DNA of 32,000 nt from Caldivirga maquilingensis IC-167 (GTDB taxonomy: Archaea > Thermoproteota > Thermoprotei > Thermoproteales > Thermocladiaceae). The notes beneath the pieces were generated by a model. It saw only the letters and a program-made list of their open reading frames with translations. It searched no databases and was not told the origin of the DNA. The position numbers and the translations under genes are program-made. Below, in pieces: positions 1 through 8,260 of this stretch. The stretch's first letter is position 1, and every line of letters starts with the position of its first letter. The stretch is from positions 990,001 through 1,022,000 of the forward strand of contig NC_009954.1 of assembly GCF_000018305.1 (NCBI RefSeq), read 5' to 3'.

Positions 1-135
1 GTGAAATACAGTGTAGATAATGCCTACTATAATATGCTGCAATGTATTGAGTTATGCGTAATTCATATCATACTTTATGATAATAGGTATAATGAGGTTC
101 GTTTTTTAAACCGTAGGTAGCCAGATTTATTCCAT

Positions 136-1134
136 ATGCTGAGTATATTTGCAAGGCTACTGATATTCGTGGAAATACTTGTGGCAAGTATATTAGCTGG
201 CTTATTGGGGTCATTAACAGGATTAGGGGGTGGTACAGTCCTAGTTCCTGTATTAACGCTCTTCCTAGGTATACCGATAGCCTACGCAGCTGGTGCAGCC
301 TTAATATCAACAATATCAACATCCAGTGGTGCAGCTAGTGCATACATAAAGGATAAGATAACTAATATTAGAATTGGTATGGGTCTTGAAATAGCCACAA
401 CCACTGGTTCAATAGTTGGGTCATTAACGGTCGCCTACATTTACTCACATAACTTAGAGTGGATAGTGTACGTTGTCTTCGGTATAGTTATATTAATGTC
501 AATAATACCAACCGCCCAGAGGAGTAAGTATGAGATCCCTGACCCTAAGCCGCCTGATTGGACAACTAAGGTGTTTAAGCTATATGGTAGTTACTATGAT
601 GATGCCTTGAAGATGGAGGTTAAGTATTGGGGTGTTCGTTGGTGGTTGGGTGAGTTGATTATGTTTTTTGCTGGTTTTATTAGTGGTTTGCTTGGTATTG
701 GTAGTGGTGCTTTGAAGGTTCTCGGTATGGATTGGGCAATGAACCTACCAATGAAGGTAAGCACAACAACAAGCAACTTCATGATAGGAGTAACAGCAGC
801 CACAGGGAGTAGTATATACTGGTACCTGGGCTATATTCAACCATTCATAGCTGCAGCCACCGCTATCGGAGTGCTAATAGGTGCAATGGCTGGTACAAGG
901 ATACTAGTTAGAATAACTAATAAGCAGGTTAGGTGGGTGTTCTTAGCTATATTAGCCTTCTTAGGTATGGAGATGCTGCTTAGGGGCTTATATTTGAATC
1001 ACCTACTAGTTATACCAGTGGCGTTACAGTACGCGTTAAGCCTAGCATTCACAGTGGTGGTGATGGTTACATTATTCTATAAGTATGGATTAAGGACTAA
1101 GGTTATTGAACGTAAGGGTGAGATGCATGGTTAA
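136..1134 (+). CDS. TauE/SafE (DUF81, TSUP family) anion/sulfite-exporter-like permease
   Basis: 332-aa polytopic membrane ORF. Two Gly-rich helix motifs typical of the family (LGSLTGLGGGTVLVP near the N-terminus, ISGLLGIGSGALKV in the second half). Confidence 0.85.
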   Translation: MLSIFARLLIFVEILVASILAGLLGSLTGLGGGTVLVPVLTLFLGIPIAYAAGAALISTISTSSGAASAYIKDKITNIRIGMGLEIATTTGSIVGSLTVAYIYSHNLEWIVYVVFGIVILMSIIPTAQRSKYEIPDPKPPDWTTKVFKLYGSYYDDALKMEVKYWGVRWWLGELIMFFAGFISGLLGIGSGALKVLGMDWAMNLPMKVSTTTSNFMIGVTAATGSSIYWYLGYIQPFIAAATAIGVLIGAMAGTRILVRITNKQVRWVFLAILAFLGMEMLLRGLYLNHLLVIPVALQYALSLAFTVVVMVTLFYKYGLRTKVIERKGEMHG

Positions 1135-1519
1135 GTGGGATATGGATTATGTAATAGGGTTGGCGCTTAGAATTGGTGTAATAATAAGTGTAGTCTTAAT
1201 ATTAATTGGGGTAACGCTACTGGTTATTGAGGGTAAGGGTTTAGGTTATAGTGATTCCCAAATAATGAGTGTTAGATCCCGCGTTAACACAACATTATTA
1301 CCACCATCAGTGGCATTAACAGGCTTAAGTCATGCAGATGGCTTATCCTTCATAGTCCTCGGATTAATGTTACTGATATTAACACCTGTGATTAGGGTGG
1401 CTTTAGGTATAGTGTCCTTCACCATGGAGAAGGACTGGATTTACGTGGTGATAACTATTATCGTTTTCATTAATCTAATGTTAGCAATATTCGTGATCCC
1501 GGCATTACTTCATATTTAA
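1127..1519 (+). CDS. Small membrane protein, DUF1634-like partner of the DUF81 permease
   Basis: 2-3 TM helices. In-frame ATG at 1127 overlaps the permease stop (1132-1134), with GGTGA 6 nt upstream. The track start at 1106 is a TTG and is less likely. The DUF81/DUF1634 pairing is recalled from memory. Confidence 0.6.
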   Translation: MVKWDMDYVIGLALRIGVIISVVLILIGVTLLVIEGKGLGYSDSQIMSVRSRVNTTLLPPSVALTGLSHADGLSFIVLGLMLLILTPVIRVALGIVSFTMEKDWIYVVITIIVFINLMLAIFVIPALLHI

Positions 1520-1527
1520 ACTCAGAA

Positions 1528-2774
1528 TTAAGGCACTTCAACCTTAAAGTTGAAGCCTAATCTACTTAATTCCTCAATAACCCTATCTACAGCTCCCTCC
1601 TCAGGTGGTGTTTCAACTATTACATCTACCTCAGTGTAATTGGGTCTTATTAATGGGTTATACCTCTCATGCCTAATTTCAACAATATTAACCCCCAGCC
1701 TACCTAGAACACCAGTTACCTGGGCAAGCATACCTGGCCTATCTGGTATAAGTCCCTTAAGCATAATTAATCTCCCTGTTTGAACAAGTCCCTTGTAAAG
1801 GACCTTGGCAAGCATCGTGACATCAATATTACCTCCACTAACAACAGCCACCACATTACCCTTAACGTTAATTTTACCGCTCAGTAACGCAGCTACAGCA
1901 GCTGCTCCAGCCCCCTCAGCTATAACCTTGGCTGACTCGGCCAATATTAGTATGGCGTTAACTATTTCCTGGTCACTGACTAAAACCACATCATCAAGCG
2001 TATTCCGCATTATATCGAAGGTTAAGTCCCCAATCTTCTTAACAGCTATACCATCAGCGATAGTGTCCGTGTTCTCTACCGTAATGATCTTACCTTGCTT
2101 AAGGGATAAGTATGCTGAGGGAGTTATCTCGCTCTGCACCCCAATCACCCTAGTGTTTGGGCTAATAGTCTTAATAACTGAGGCGATACCTGATATTAAT
2201 CCCCCACCGCCCACTGGGACTATTACGTAGTCAATATTCTTAAGATCCTCAATAATTTCCCACCCTATTGTTCCCTGTCCAGCAATAACGAATGGATCAT
2301 CATATGCATGGATCATTTTTGCCTTAAGCTCCTTAGTTAACTCTATAGCATACTTCTCAGCCTCATAGTAAGATTGACCCTCAAGTATGACTTCTGCACC
2401 ATACTTCCTGGTATTGCTTATTTTAATCCACGGCGTGTACTTAGGCATCACTATCGTAGACTTCAAGCCATATATCTTAGCGACGTATGCAACGCCTTGA
2501 GCATGATTACCAGCTGATGCAGTGACAACATGCTTAACGTCATCATTAATATAGTGTGTTACAGCGTTGTAGGCGCCTCTAACCTTGAATGACCCAGTTT
2601 TTTGAAGTGCCTCAAGTTTAAGGTAAACATCGGCATTGGTTAATGAACTTAATGTATCGGATCTATAGAGGGGTGTTCTATGTATTATACCCTTGGCTTG
2701 AGCATCCTTAATGAGGGTTAAAGCCTCCCTACTGAGTTCGTAGACCTCATTAACCCTTGTGATATATAATTCAC
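1528..2774 (-). CDS. ilvA: Threonine ammonia-lyase (threonine dehydratase), PLP-dependent, with C-terminal ACT-like domain; 5' end unresolved or frameshifted
   Basis: PLP-lysine motif TGSFKVRGA (Lys codon 2584-2586) and the PVGGGGLISG loop. ACT-like tail RLIMLKGLIPDRPGMLAQVTGVLGRLGVNIVEI. The reading frame is open from 2847 to 1528, but the first in-frame ATG/GTG/TTG is the TTG at 2466, downstream of the PLP lysine. The end given (2774) is the TATA-positioned GTG, which lies in another frame (see finding). Confidence 0.8.
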
Positions 2775-2796
2775 CAGATAGAATAAAGAACCCTAG

Positions 2797-2805
2797 TTTA
2801 TATTT
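2797..2805 (-). promoter_or_regulatory. TATA box (AAATATAAA on the minus strand) of the threonine dehydratase transcript
   Basis: Centre at about 2801, which is 27 nt upstream of the GTG at 2774. This is the same geometry seen at other genes in the window. It lies inside the last codons of the uL29 gene. Confidence 0.45.
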
Positions 2806-3151
2806 ATTGCTGGGTAGGTTTAGTAGAGGTACTGGGTTTCGTGACCCTCAGTATCCTTCTTAAGGTTGATTTTTTAATACCCAATTGCATTGAAACCTTA
2901 TCATACGATACCCCCTTCTTAACCAATTCATTTATCCTATTTCTTAAATCATTCAACTCAGTCTCATGCTCAATTGTAAGTATTCTAGCTATTAGTCTCC
3001 TAACGTACCTCATTCTCCCTGGATTATCAACAACACCCCTACCTCTTTGGGTCTCTAGCCTTATTAATTCGCTCCTAAGCTCATTAAGTAGCCTTAACCT
3101 ATCCTCTCTACTCATGTTCTTAAGATCCCTCAACTTAACCTTCTCCGGCAT
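2804..3151 (-). CDS. rpl29: Ribosomal protein uL29 (L29p/L35e) with a 53-aa C-terminal HTH-like extension
   Basis: The N-terminal 62 aa (LRDLKNMSREDRLRLLNELRSELIRLETQ...NPGRMRYVRRLIARILTI) match the uL29 helical hairpin. The tail contains GVSYDKVSMQLGIKKSTLRRIL. Confidence 0.75.
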   Translation of the reverse strand: MPEKVKLRDLKNMSREDRLRLLNELRSELIRLETQRGRGVVDNPGRMRYVRRLIARILTIEHETELNDLRNRINELVKKGVSYDKVSMQLGIKKSTLRRILRVTKPSTSTKPTQQ

Positions 3152-3249
3152 TAGGGGGTTACGGGGTTAAGTGTTTTTAAGCTTAGTCTAGGGAAGAATC
3201 CTAGGAATTACCTCTTATCCTACTTCCTCTTACCTAGATTCAAGTTAAT

Positions 3250-3287
3250 GCATCATCATAACCTAATAGTAGGTTAATAAATGATGC
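3250..3287. other. Two-tier inverted repeat (possible bidirectional terminator hairpin)
   Basis: GCATCAT(3250-3256)/ATGATGC(3281-3287) outer stem and AACCTA(3260-3265)/TAGGTT(3270-3275) inner stem, followed by CTTTTATT. Sits between the end of the oxidoreductase operon and the uL29 promoter. Confidence 0.25.
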
Positions 3288-3322
3288 AGGAGCTTTTATT
3301 AATCAATAGCTTCCCTAGCCAA

Positions 3323-4297
3323 TTACTGAGTGATGATTACCTTACTGTGCGTTAATGCTGATTTATATGCGGCATCAACAATCTGTTGAACATGATAACC
3401 ATCCTCCTCATTAATTATTGGCTTCTCATTATTTTCAATGCATCTTACGAAATGCTTAACCTCATCAATATATGCATGCATTATTGACTCCTCGAAATCA
3501 CCCTTCTCAATCACATTACCATTAAGGTCAGAAATCACGTAATTCCCTGTAACGTAACCCTCAACAGTAACCCTACCCCTCTCAGCGGTTAACCCCCACT
3601 TCCTCCAACTATGCCCCCCACTCCAGCTTAGGTGGAATATTGAGGAGGCCCCGTTATCATGCTTCATGAATACGGTCACGTTATCCTCAACAGTTATTCC
3701 ACTGGTCACTGTTACTGCATCAGCATAAACCTCCCTAACCCTTCCAGCGTACCAGTAGTATTGGTAGAGGACGTGAACTCCATGCTCATTAAGAATACCC
3801 CCACTCACGCTCTTATCCTTAAGCCAGCCAGTGGTGGGCATTGTACCTAGGGCTATATGCCACATGGTCACTGGTTTACCTAACCTGGAGTCAAGAGCTT
3901 CCTTAACCATTATGTAGAGTTTATGGAACCTAAGAGTGAAACCAATCATTAACCTACCCCTACCCTTAGCCTCGTTGTATATTAGCCTAGCCTCCTCAAG
4001 GTCATTAGCCATGGGTTTCTCAAGAAACACGTAGTAACCCTTCTTAAGTGCGTAGACTGCTTGCTCCGCATGCAGGCTTGGTGGTGTTGCTATTATGACG
4101 CCATCGAATCCACCTTCATCAAGCATCTTAGCGTAATCCCTATAGGTTCTAATACCCATTTTAGAGTATTCCATTAGCCTCGCTTCATCAATATCGGAAA
4201 CTGCAGTAACCTTAACTCCAAGTTCATTAACTAACTTAAAGTGGGTACTCCCCATTCCTCCAATTCCTATTATGCCCAGGCTAACCAATTTAATCAC
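3323..4297 (-). CDS. Gfo/Idh/MocA-family NAD(P)-dependent oxidoreductase
   Basis: N-terminal Rossmann motif GIIGIGGMGSTH and the family EKP motif (FLEKPMA). GTG start overlaps the stop of the upstream gene (GTGA), indicating an operon. Confidence 0.85.
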   Translation of the reverse strand: MIKLVSLGIIGIGGMGSTHFKLVNELGVKVTAVSDIDEARLMEYSKMGIRTYRDYAKMLDEGGFDGVIIATPPSLHAEQAVYALKKGYYVFLEKPMANDLEEARLIYNEAKGRGRLMIGFTLRFHKLYIMVKEALDSRLGKPVTMWHIALGTMPTTGWLKDKSVSGGILNEHGVHVLYQYYWYAGRVREVYADAVTVTSGITVEDNVTVFMKHDNGASSIFHLSWSGGHSWRKWGLTAERGRVTVEGYVTGNYVISDLNGNVIEKGDFEESIMHAYIDEVKHFVRCIENNEKPIINEEDGYHVQQIVDAAYKSALTHSKVIITQ

Positions 4298-5112
4298 CCA
4301 AAAATCCTCCTAAGTGATGATGCGGCATCCTCAGCAGCCTTTAATGGGTCACCGGGATATGGTGGTATTTCAGCGGTTAATGGCCCCCCGTACCCTATTT
4401 CACTGAGTAGTTTCTTAACATTACCCCAATTAACGCTACCTGTTAATGGTATACCGAAAGTACACCTATTGGGTTCAGCTAGAAAATCCTTAGCATGCAT
4501 GGCAACTATCCTATCCTTAAGCGTCATTATCCAATGCTCTGGTAAACTATGAGGTAAAGTATTACCGACGTCTAAGTATGCCCCAATGATTTTAGGGTCA
4601 AGCCCATCGAGGAGCCTCCTCATATCCAATGGGCTGGCGAATATCCTGTTCCAGACATTCTCAACACCAATAACTACACCGTGATCCTCAGCTATTTTAG
4701 CTAACCTAGATAACGCCATCCTGGCCCTTTCAATATGCTCCTCATAACTTAATTCAGTAACTGCAACACCTGGAACCACAAGAAGCACCTTAGCTTCAAT
4801 CAAGCTAGCAGCCTTAGCCTCAGCCTCAAGGACCCTTGAAACCTTCTCAAACTGATCCTCAAGAATCATGTTAAACCTCCAGTAGAGGCCAGTGGCAATA
4901 GTGTATATGCCTATTCCAACACCCTCAGCCGTCTCCTTAATACTACTCCACTTCCTTGAAAAATCAGGCGAGTTTAAGGAATCTAAATCAGTTTCATCAA
5001 TAACAGGTTCAAACAACTCAAACCCAGCCTTTTTAGCATGCCTAAGGGCATCATGTACATTGAGTGTTGGAGGGTAACTCCAGGCATTTACCCCTATCTT
5101 CACAGACACCAT
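4294..5112 (-). CDS. Sugar phosphate isomerase/epimerase (xylose isomerase-like TIM barrel)
   Basis: 272 aa with the alternating beta/alpha pattern of this TIM-barrel family (VIGVENV, HAKD, DVGN segments). Translationally coupled to the oxidoreductase. Confidence 0.75.
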   Translation of the reverse strand: MVSVKIGVNAWSYPPTLNVHDALRHAKKAGFELFEPVIDETDLDSLNSPDFSRKWSSIKETAEGVGIGIYTIATGLYWRFNMILEDQFEKVSRVLEAEAKAASLIEAKVLLVVPGVAVTELSYEEHIERARMALSRLAKIAEDHGVVIGVENVWNRIFASPLDMRRLLDGLDPKIIGAYLDVGNTLPHSLPEHWIMTLKDRIVAMHAKDFLAEPNRCTFGIPLTGSVNWGNVKKLLSEIGYGGPLTAEIPPYPGDPLKAAEDAASSLRRIFG

Positions 5113-5250
5113 ATTTAATTAAAGCTCCTAGTTATTAATAAGCATTATTTCATAGGATTTGAGCTAAACACTATTTAAGCAGGCGTAAATTTAGTTAAAG
5201 TACTATAGTAACTGATAGTTTTAAATTAATGAGTAAGGTTAGTGTAAATG

Positions 5251-5302
5251 ACCCCTGCATGCATCCACACCAGGGTGAGGGCTAATTAGCCCTCACCCTT
5301 TT
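5251..5302 (+). ncRNA. Candidate ~50-nt small RNA (module A): 21-nt 5' tail plus a perfect 10-bp hairpin plus T4
   Basis: GC island in an AT-rich spacer. Hairpin 5273-5282/5289-5298 with loop TAATTA, followed by TTTT at 5299-5302. TATA-like TTTTAAATTAA at 5219-5229 is centred about 26 nt upstream. Alternative reading: a leaderless 13-codon micro-ORF at 5248-5289. Confidence 0.3.
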
Positions 5303-5390
5303 AATGTTATTAAATCATGTTAAGGATTAGTAATCTACTAGTATTTTAATTTTAAATAAAAATAAGTTATATAAAGTAAAACATAGTAGC

Positions 5391-5493
5391 ACAGTTAAGG
5401 AGCCCAAACCTACACGCGTTCATACCATTGAAAGCCGGGGAAACCCGGTAAGTAAATGGTGTGGGTGCGTGCAGGGGGTTAATCCCTTACTGT
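5391..5493 (+). ncRNA. Candidate ~100-nt rod-like structured RNA (module B), family unknown
   Basis: Core helix 5409-5429/5455-5475 has 16 Watson-Crick pairs, 4 G-U pairs and 1 mismatch. Internal loop GAAA/AAGUA. CCGGG/CCCGG stem capped by a GAAA tetraloop (5440-5443). Outer helices 5401-5405/5476-5480 and 5391-5400/5485-5493. All wobble pairs are G-U only on the + strand. TATA-like TTATATAAA at 5367-5375. Confidence 0.4.
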
Positions 5494-5580
5494 TGCCTAA
5501 TTCTTAATGCTACTGTATTTAACTGGTTCTTGGTTAAGAATTATGAATATTTTTAACAGGGTTTACATCATTAATGCGCT

Positions 5581-7878
5581 TTATGGGAATAAGCCTTGAA
5601 GGAGCCAAATCATGTAGAGCGGTATGAAGACTAATGATATTGTGTTAAGTAATTTAATAACAATGTGTAGTGATGGTCCAGCAGTATCTTTTAATGGGTC
5701 ACCAACAGTGTCACCTATGACTGCGGCAGCATGGGTTGATGATCCCTTTCCCCCAAGATGCCCTGCCTCAATATACTTCTTAGCGTTATCCCAAGCCGCA
5801 CCACCCCACATCATGGTTATAGCTAATACAATACCGCTTGCGGTTGCCCCTATTACTAAAGCACCCACTGCCGGTCCACCGAACAGTAATCCTATTATTA
5901 GGGGTGTTAGTATTACTGATAATGTTGGCGTTATCATGTTTCTTAACGCGAATTGCGTACTTATGTCCACTGCCCTATAATAATCAGGTTTCTCAATACC
6001 CCTCAGTATCCCGGGTTTTTCCCTGAACTGCCTCCTAACCTCCTCAACCATGCTCCATGCAGCCTTAGTTACGGCTCTTAAGGCTAAGGAACTGAAAAGG
6101 AAGGGTAACATTGCGCCTATTAGGACGCTTACCAGTATGTCAGCCCTCATTAACATTAGGTGGTTAAGGAGGTAATCCATGACACTTATGAAGCTTCCCA
6201 AGTTGAGTGACACATCAGTGGCTGCGGCCTGTATTACGGTTGGGTTCCTAGCGACATAATCCTGTATGAAGGCTTGAAACAGTAGTAGCGCTGCTAACGC
6301 CGCTGAACCCATGGCGTAACCCTTAGTGAGAGCCTTGGTAACATTACCTATTGAATCCAGTGGATCAAGCCTACCCCTAACCTCTGGGCTTAATTCACTC
6401 ATCTCAGCTATGCCACTGGCGTTGTCTGTTATTGGACCTGCCCCATCAAGGGTCATTATTATTCCAGCTAAGGATAACATACCTAGGGTTGCTGCTGCTG
6501 TACCGTATATGCCGTAGATGAATTTAGCGATGGGAATACTACCTATGGTGTAGTTACTCATCACCACAGGTAATGGTGCGGTCATGCCTAGTGCAAACGA
6601 TGCCAGTAGGGTTATTGCAATAACTATTATTGGCATGAAGGTTGCATTCATGCCTGTTGTTAAACCTTGAAGTATTGTTAACGCTGGGCTAACCCTAGAT
6701 ACCTCAGCAATCTCAATCACGGGCTTAGCCTCCCTGCCCGTGTAGTGGTTAGTCACTAGTACTATTATTATTGCAGCTATTATTCCAGTTAATGATGCTG
6801 TGAAGAAGTAAACCCAAATCTTCGGCATTAGGAGGTAGTATATTAGGAAGAATCCAGCAATAGCGGTTACGGCTGATGCTATCACGCCGTTCCTCAACGG
6901 CTCCATGGGATCCTTAAACTCACCTTGATAAGCCGATACCAAGACCCCTGGGACAGTTGCAATAACCCTAACCGCCCCTGTTAAGAATGGTAGGAATACA
7001 AAGCTCAAGGCCTCAGTAATGGGGTAACCTGCCTCAATTAGGAAGAAGTATACTGTCCAACCAACTATCATTGTTCCAAGCAACTCAGCTGTAACGGATT
7101 CAAAGATATCAGCACCCCTCCCAGCGCAGTCACCGACATTATCACCAACCTGATCAGCTATTACAGCTGGGTTCCTTGGATCATCCTCAGGGATCCCAGC
7201 CTCAACCTTACCCACGAGGTCAGCACCAACATCCGCTGCCTTAGTGTATATTCCACCGCCTATTTGGGCGAATAATGCCGATAAACTAGCCCCAAACGCG
7301 AAGCCCGCTAGGCCATCTAAGATAACCCTTAGGTTAAATGGTGTGGTTGCTCCCTCTACAATAATTGAGTAAACTATGAAGAGTAGAGCCAATGCAAATA
7401 CGCTAACCGATGGTACGGAGAACCCAAGCACACTACCACCAAGTACAGCAACCCTCAGGGCATGTCTCACACCCCTCTTGGCGGCTTCGGTGGTCCTCAC
7501 GTTAGCCTTAGTGGAGGCATCCATGCTTAGAAACGCTGTGGTTAATGATGCTACACTACCTAGTAGCACGGATACTCCAATTAACGTGGATTCAAGAGTA
7601 ACCTCACTCCTTAGCTCAGGGTGCATGGGTAGAACCTTAATACTATAGCCAGCGTAAACACTAAGGGCTACTACCACTGATATCACTGCTGAGAAGAGCA
7701 ATATAGTCCTTATTTGTCTCCTCATGTATGCTTTAGCACCCTCTCTTATTGCATTCCACACGTTAACCATGTTCTCGTCACCAAGCGGCTGTCTCTGGAT
7801 CCATAGGTAAATGAAGATGGAGATAAGTATACCCACCAAGCCTGTTAATAATCCAACCAATACCAGGGGGTTAATCAT
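5581..7878 (-). CDS. hppA: Membrane-bound proton-translocating inorganic pyrophosphatase (V-type H+-PPase)
   Basis: 765-aa polytopic protein with signature motifs GDNVGDCAGRGADIFES and GDTVGDPLKDTAGPSL. Confidence 0.95.
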   Translation of the reverse strand: MINPLVLVGLLTGLVGILISIFIYLWIQRQPLGDENMVNVWNAIREGAKAYMRRQIRTILLFSAVISVVVALSVYAGYSIKVLPMHPELRSEVTLESTLIGVSVLLGSVASLTTAFLSMDASTKANVRTTEAAKRGVRHALRVAVLGGSVLGFSVPSVSVFALALLFIVYSIIVEGATTPFNLRVILDGLAGFAFGASLSALFAQIGGGIYTKAADVGADLVGKVEAGIPEDDPRNPAVIADQVGDNVGDCAGRGADIFESVTAELLGTMIVGWTVYFFLIEAGYPITEALSFVFLPFLTGAVRVIATVPGVLVSAYQGEFKDPMEPLRNGVIASAVTAIAGFFLIYYLLMPKIWVYFFTASLTGIIAAIIIVLVTNHYTGREAKPVIEIAEVSRVSPALTILQGLTTGMNATFMPIIVIAITLLASFALGMTAPLPVVMSNYTIGSIPIAKFIYGIYGTAAATLGMLSLAGIIMTLDGAGPITDNASGIAEMSELSPEVRGRLDPLDSIGNVTKALTKGYAMGSAALAALLLFQAFIQDYVARNPTVIQAAATDVSLNLGSFISVMDYLLNHLMLMRADILVSVLIGAMLPFLFSSLALRAVTKAAWSMVEEVRRQFREKPGILRGIEKPDYYRAVDISTQFALRNMITPTLSVILTPLIIGLLFGGPAVGALVIGATASGIVLAITMMWGGAAWDNAKKYIEAGHLGGKGSSTHAAAVIGDTVGDPLKDTAGPSLHIVIKLLNTISLVFIPLYMIWLLQGLFP

Positions 7879-8230
7879 ATGTGGTCAGGTATTAGTGTAG
7901 GTGTGTTTTTTATCTCAGCATGGTGTAATTAGTGGAAATAAACATAATGGATAGGGGTGAGTTGTATTCTATAATTATAATTATTTAGATTTCACCAATA
8001 TATATTTAGTTTATGTAGAAAGGTAAAATATATTATTAACTATTAATTTATAGCAATAAATATAATTTCATTTTTTACAATTATTAGCAATTAAGGTCGC
8101 TTTATAATAAAGGAATAATTAATATTTGTACATAACTTACAATAATTGCAGATGATGAAAATAATTGAAATAAAGTAATCTAGGTGATTAACTATTTTAA
8201 CAAATATACGCAACCTAATATTGAGTGAAT

Positions 8231-8239
8231 AATTATAAA
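8231..8239 (+). promoter_or_regulatory. TATA box of the M42 peptidase gene
   Basis: AATTATAAA centred 26 nt upstream of the ATG at 8261. Supports 8261 rather than the GTG at 8225 as the start. Confidence 0.45.
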
Positions 8240-8260
8240 GCTAAGTTAAGTGTAGTCATT

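Noticed and set aside
1805-2230. 141-aa + strand ORF. The same kind of ORF occurs at 68-322, 594-803, 2841-3170, 3659-3850, 4241-4552 and 4892-5077.
   Set aside because: Each lies antisense to or inside a gene with strong family motifs. Their low-complexity Ser/Leu/Thr/Pro-rich translations are typical of shadow frames.
5430-5475. AACCCGGUAAGUAAAUGG resembles the 5S rRNA loop C/helix III string AACCCGGAAGUUAAGC.
   Set aside because: The surrounding fold is a 21-bp helix with a GAAA tetraloop and has no helix I/IV/V equivalents, so it is incompatible with 5S rRNA. The similarity is probably chance.
5251-5493. A split or trans-spliced tRNA, an SRP RNA or a type T RNase P RNA as explanations for the complementary leader/trailer of modules A and B.
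   Set aside because: There are no D-arm or T-loop (GTTCRANYC) sequences. There is no AGCA-type SRP helix-8 loop. CR-I/CR-V motifs are only vaguely echoed by GAAAGCCGGGG. The ~100-nt AT-rich interior is implausible for one continuous structural RNA of a hyperthermophile.
5624-7648. Four + strand ORFs (5624-5980, 5838-6026, 6326-6517, 7376-7648) inside the pyrophosphatase gene.
   Set aside because: They are antisense shadows of a 765-aa gene with unambiguous H+-PPase signatures.
8152-8190. ATGATGA (8152-8158) and GTGATTA (8184-8190) C-box-like strings in the AT-rich spacer.
   Set aside because: No CTGA/ATGA D or D' box occurs at the required ~12-nt spacing.
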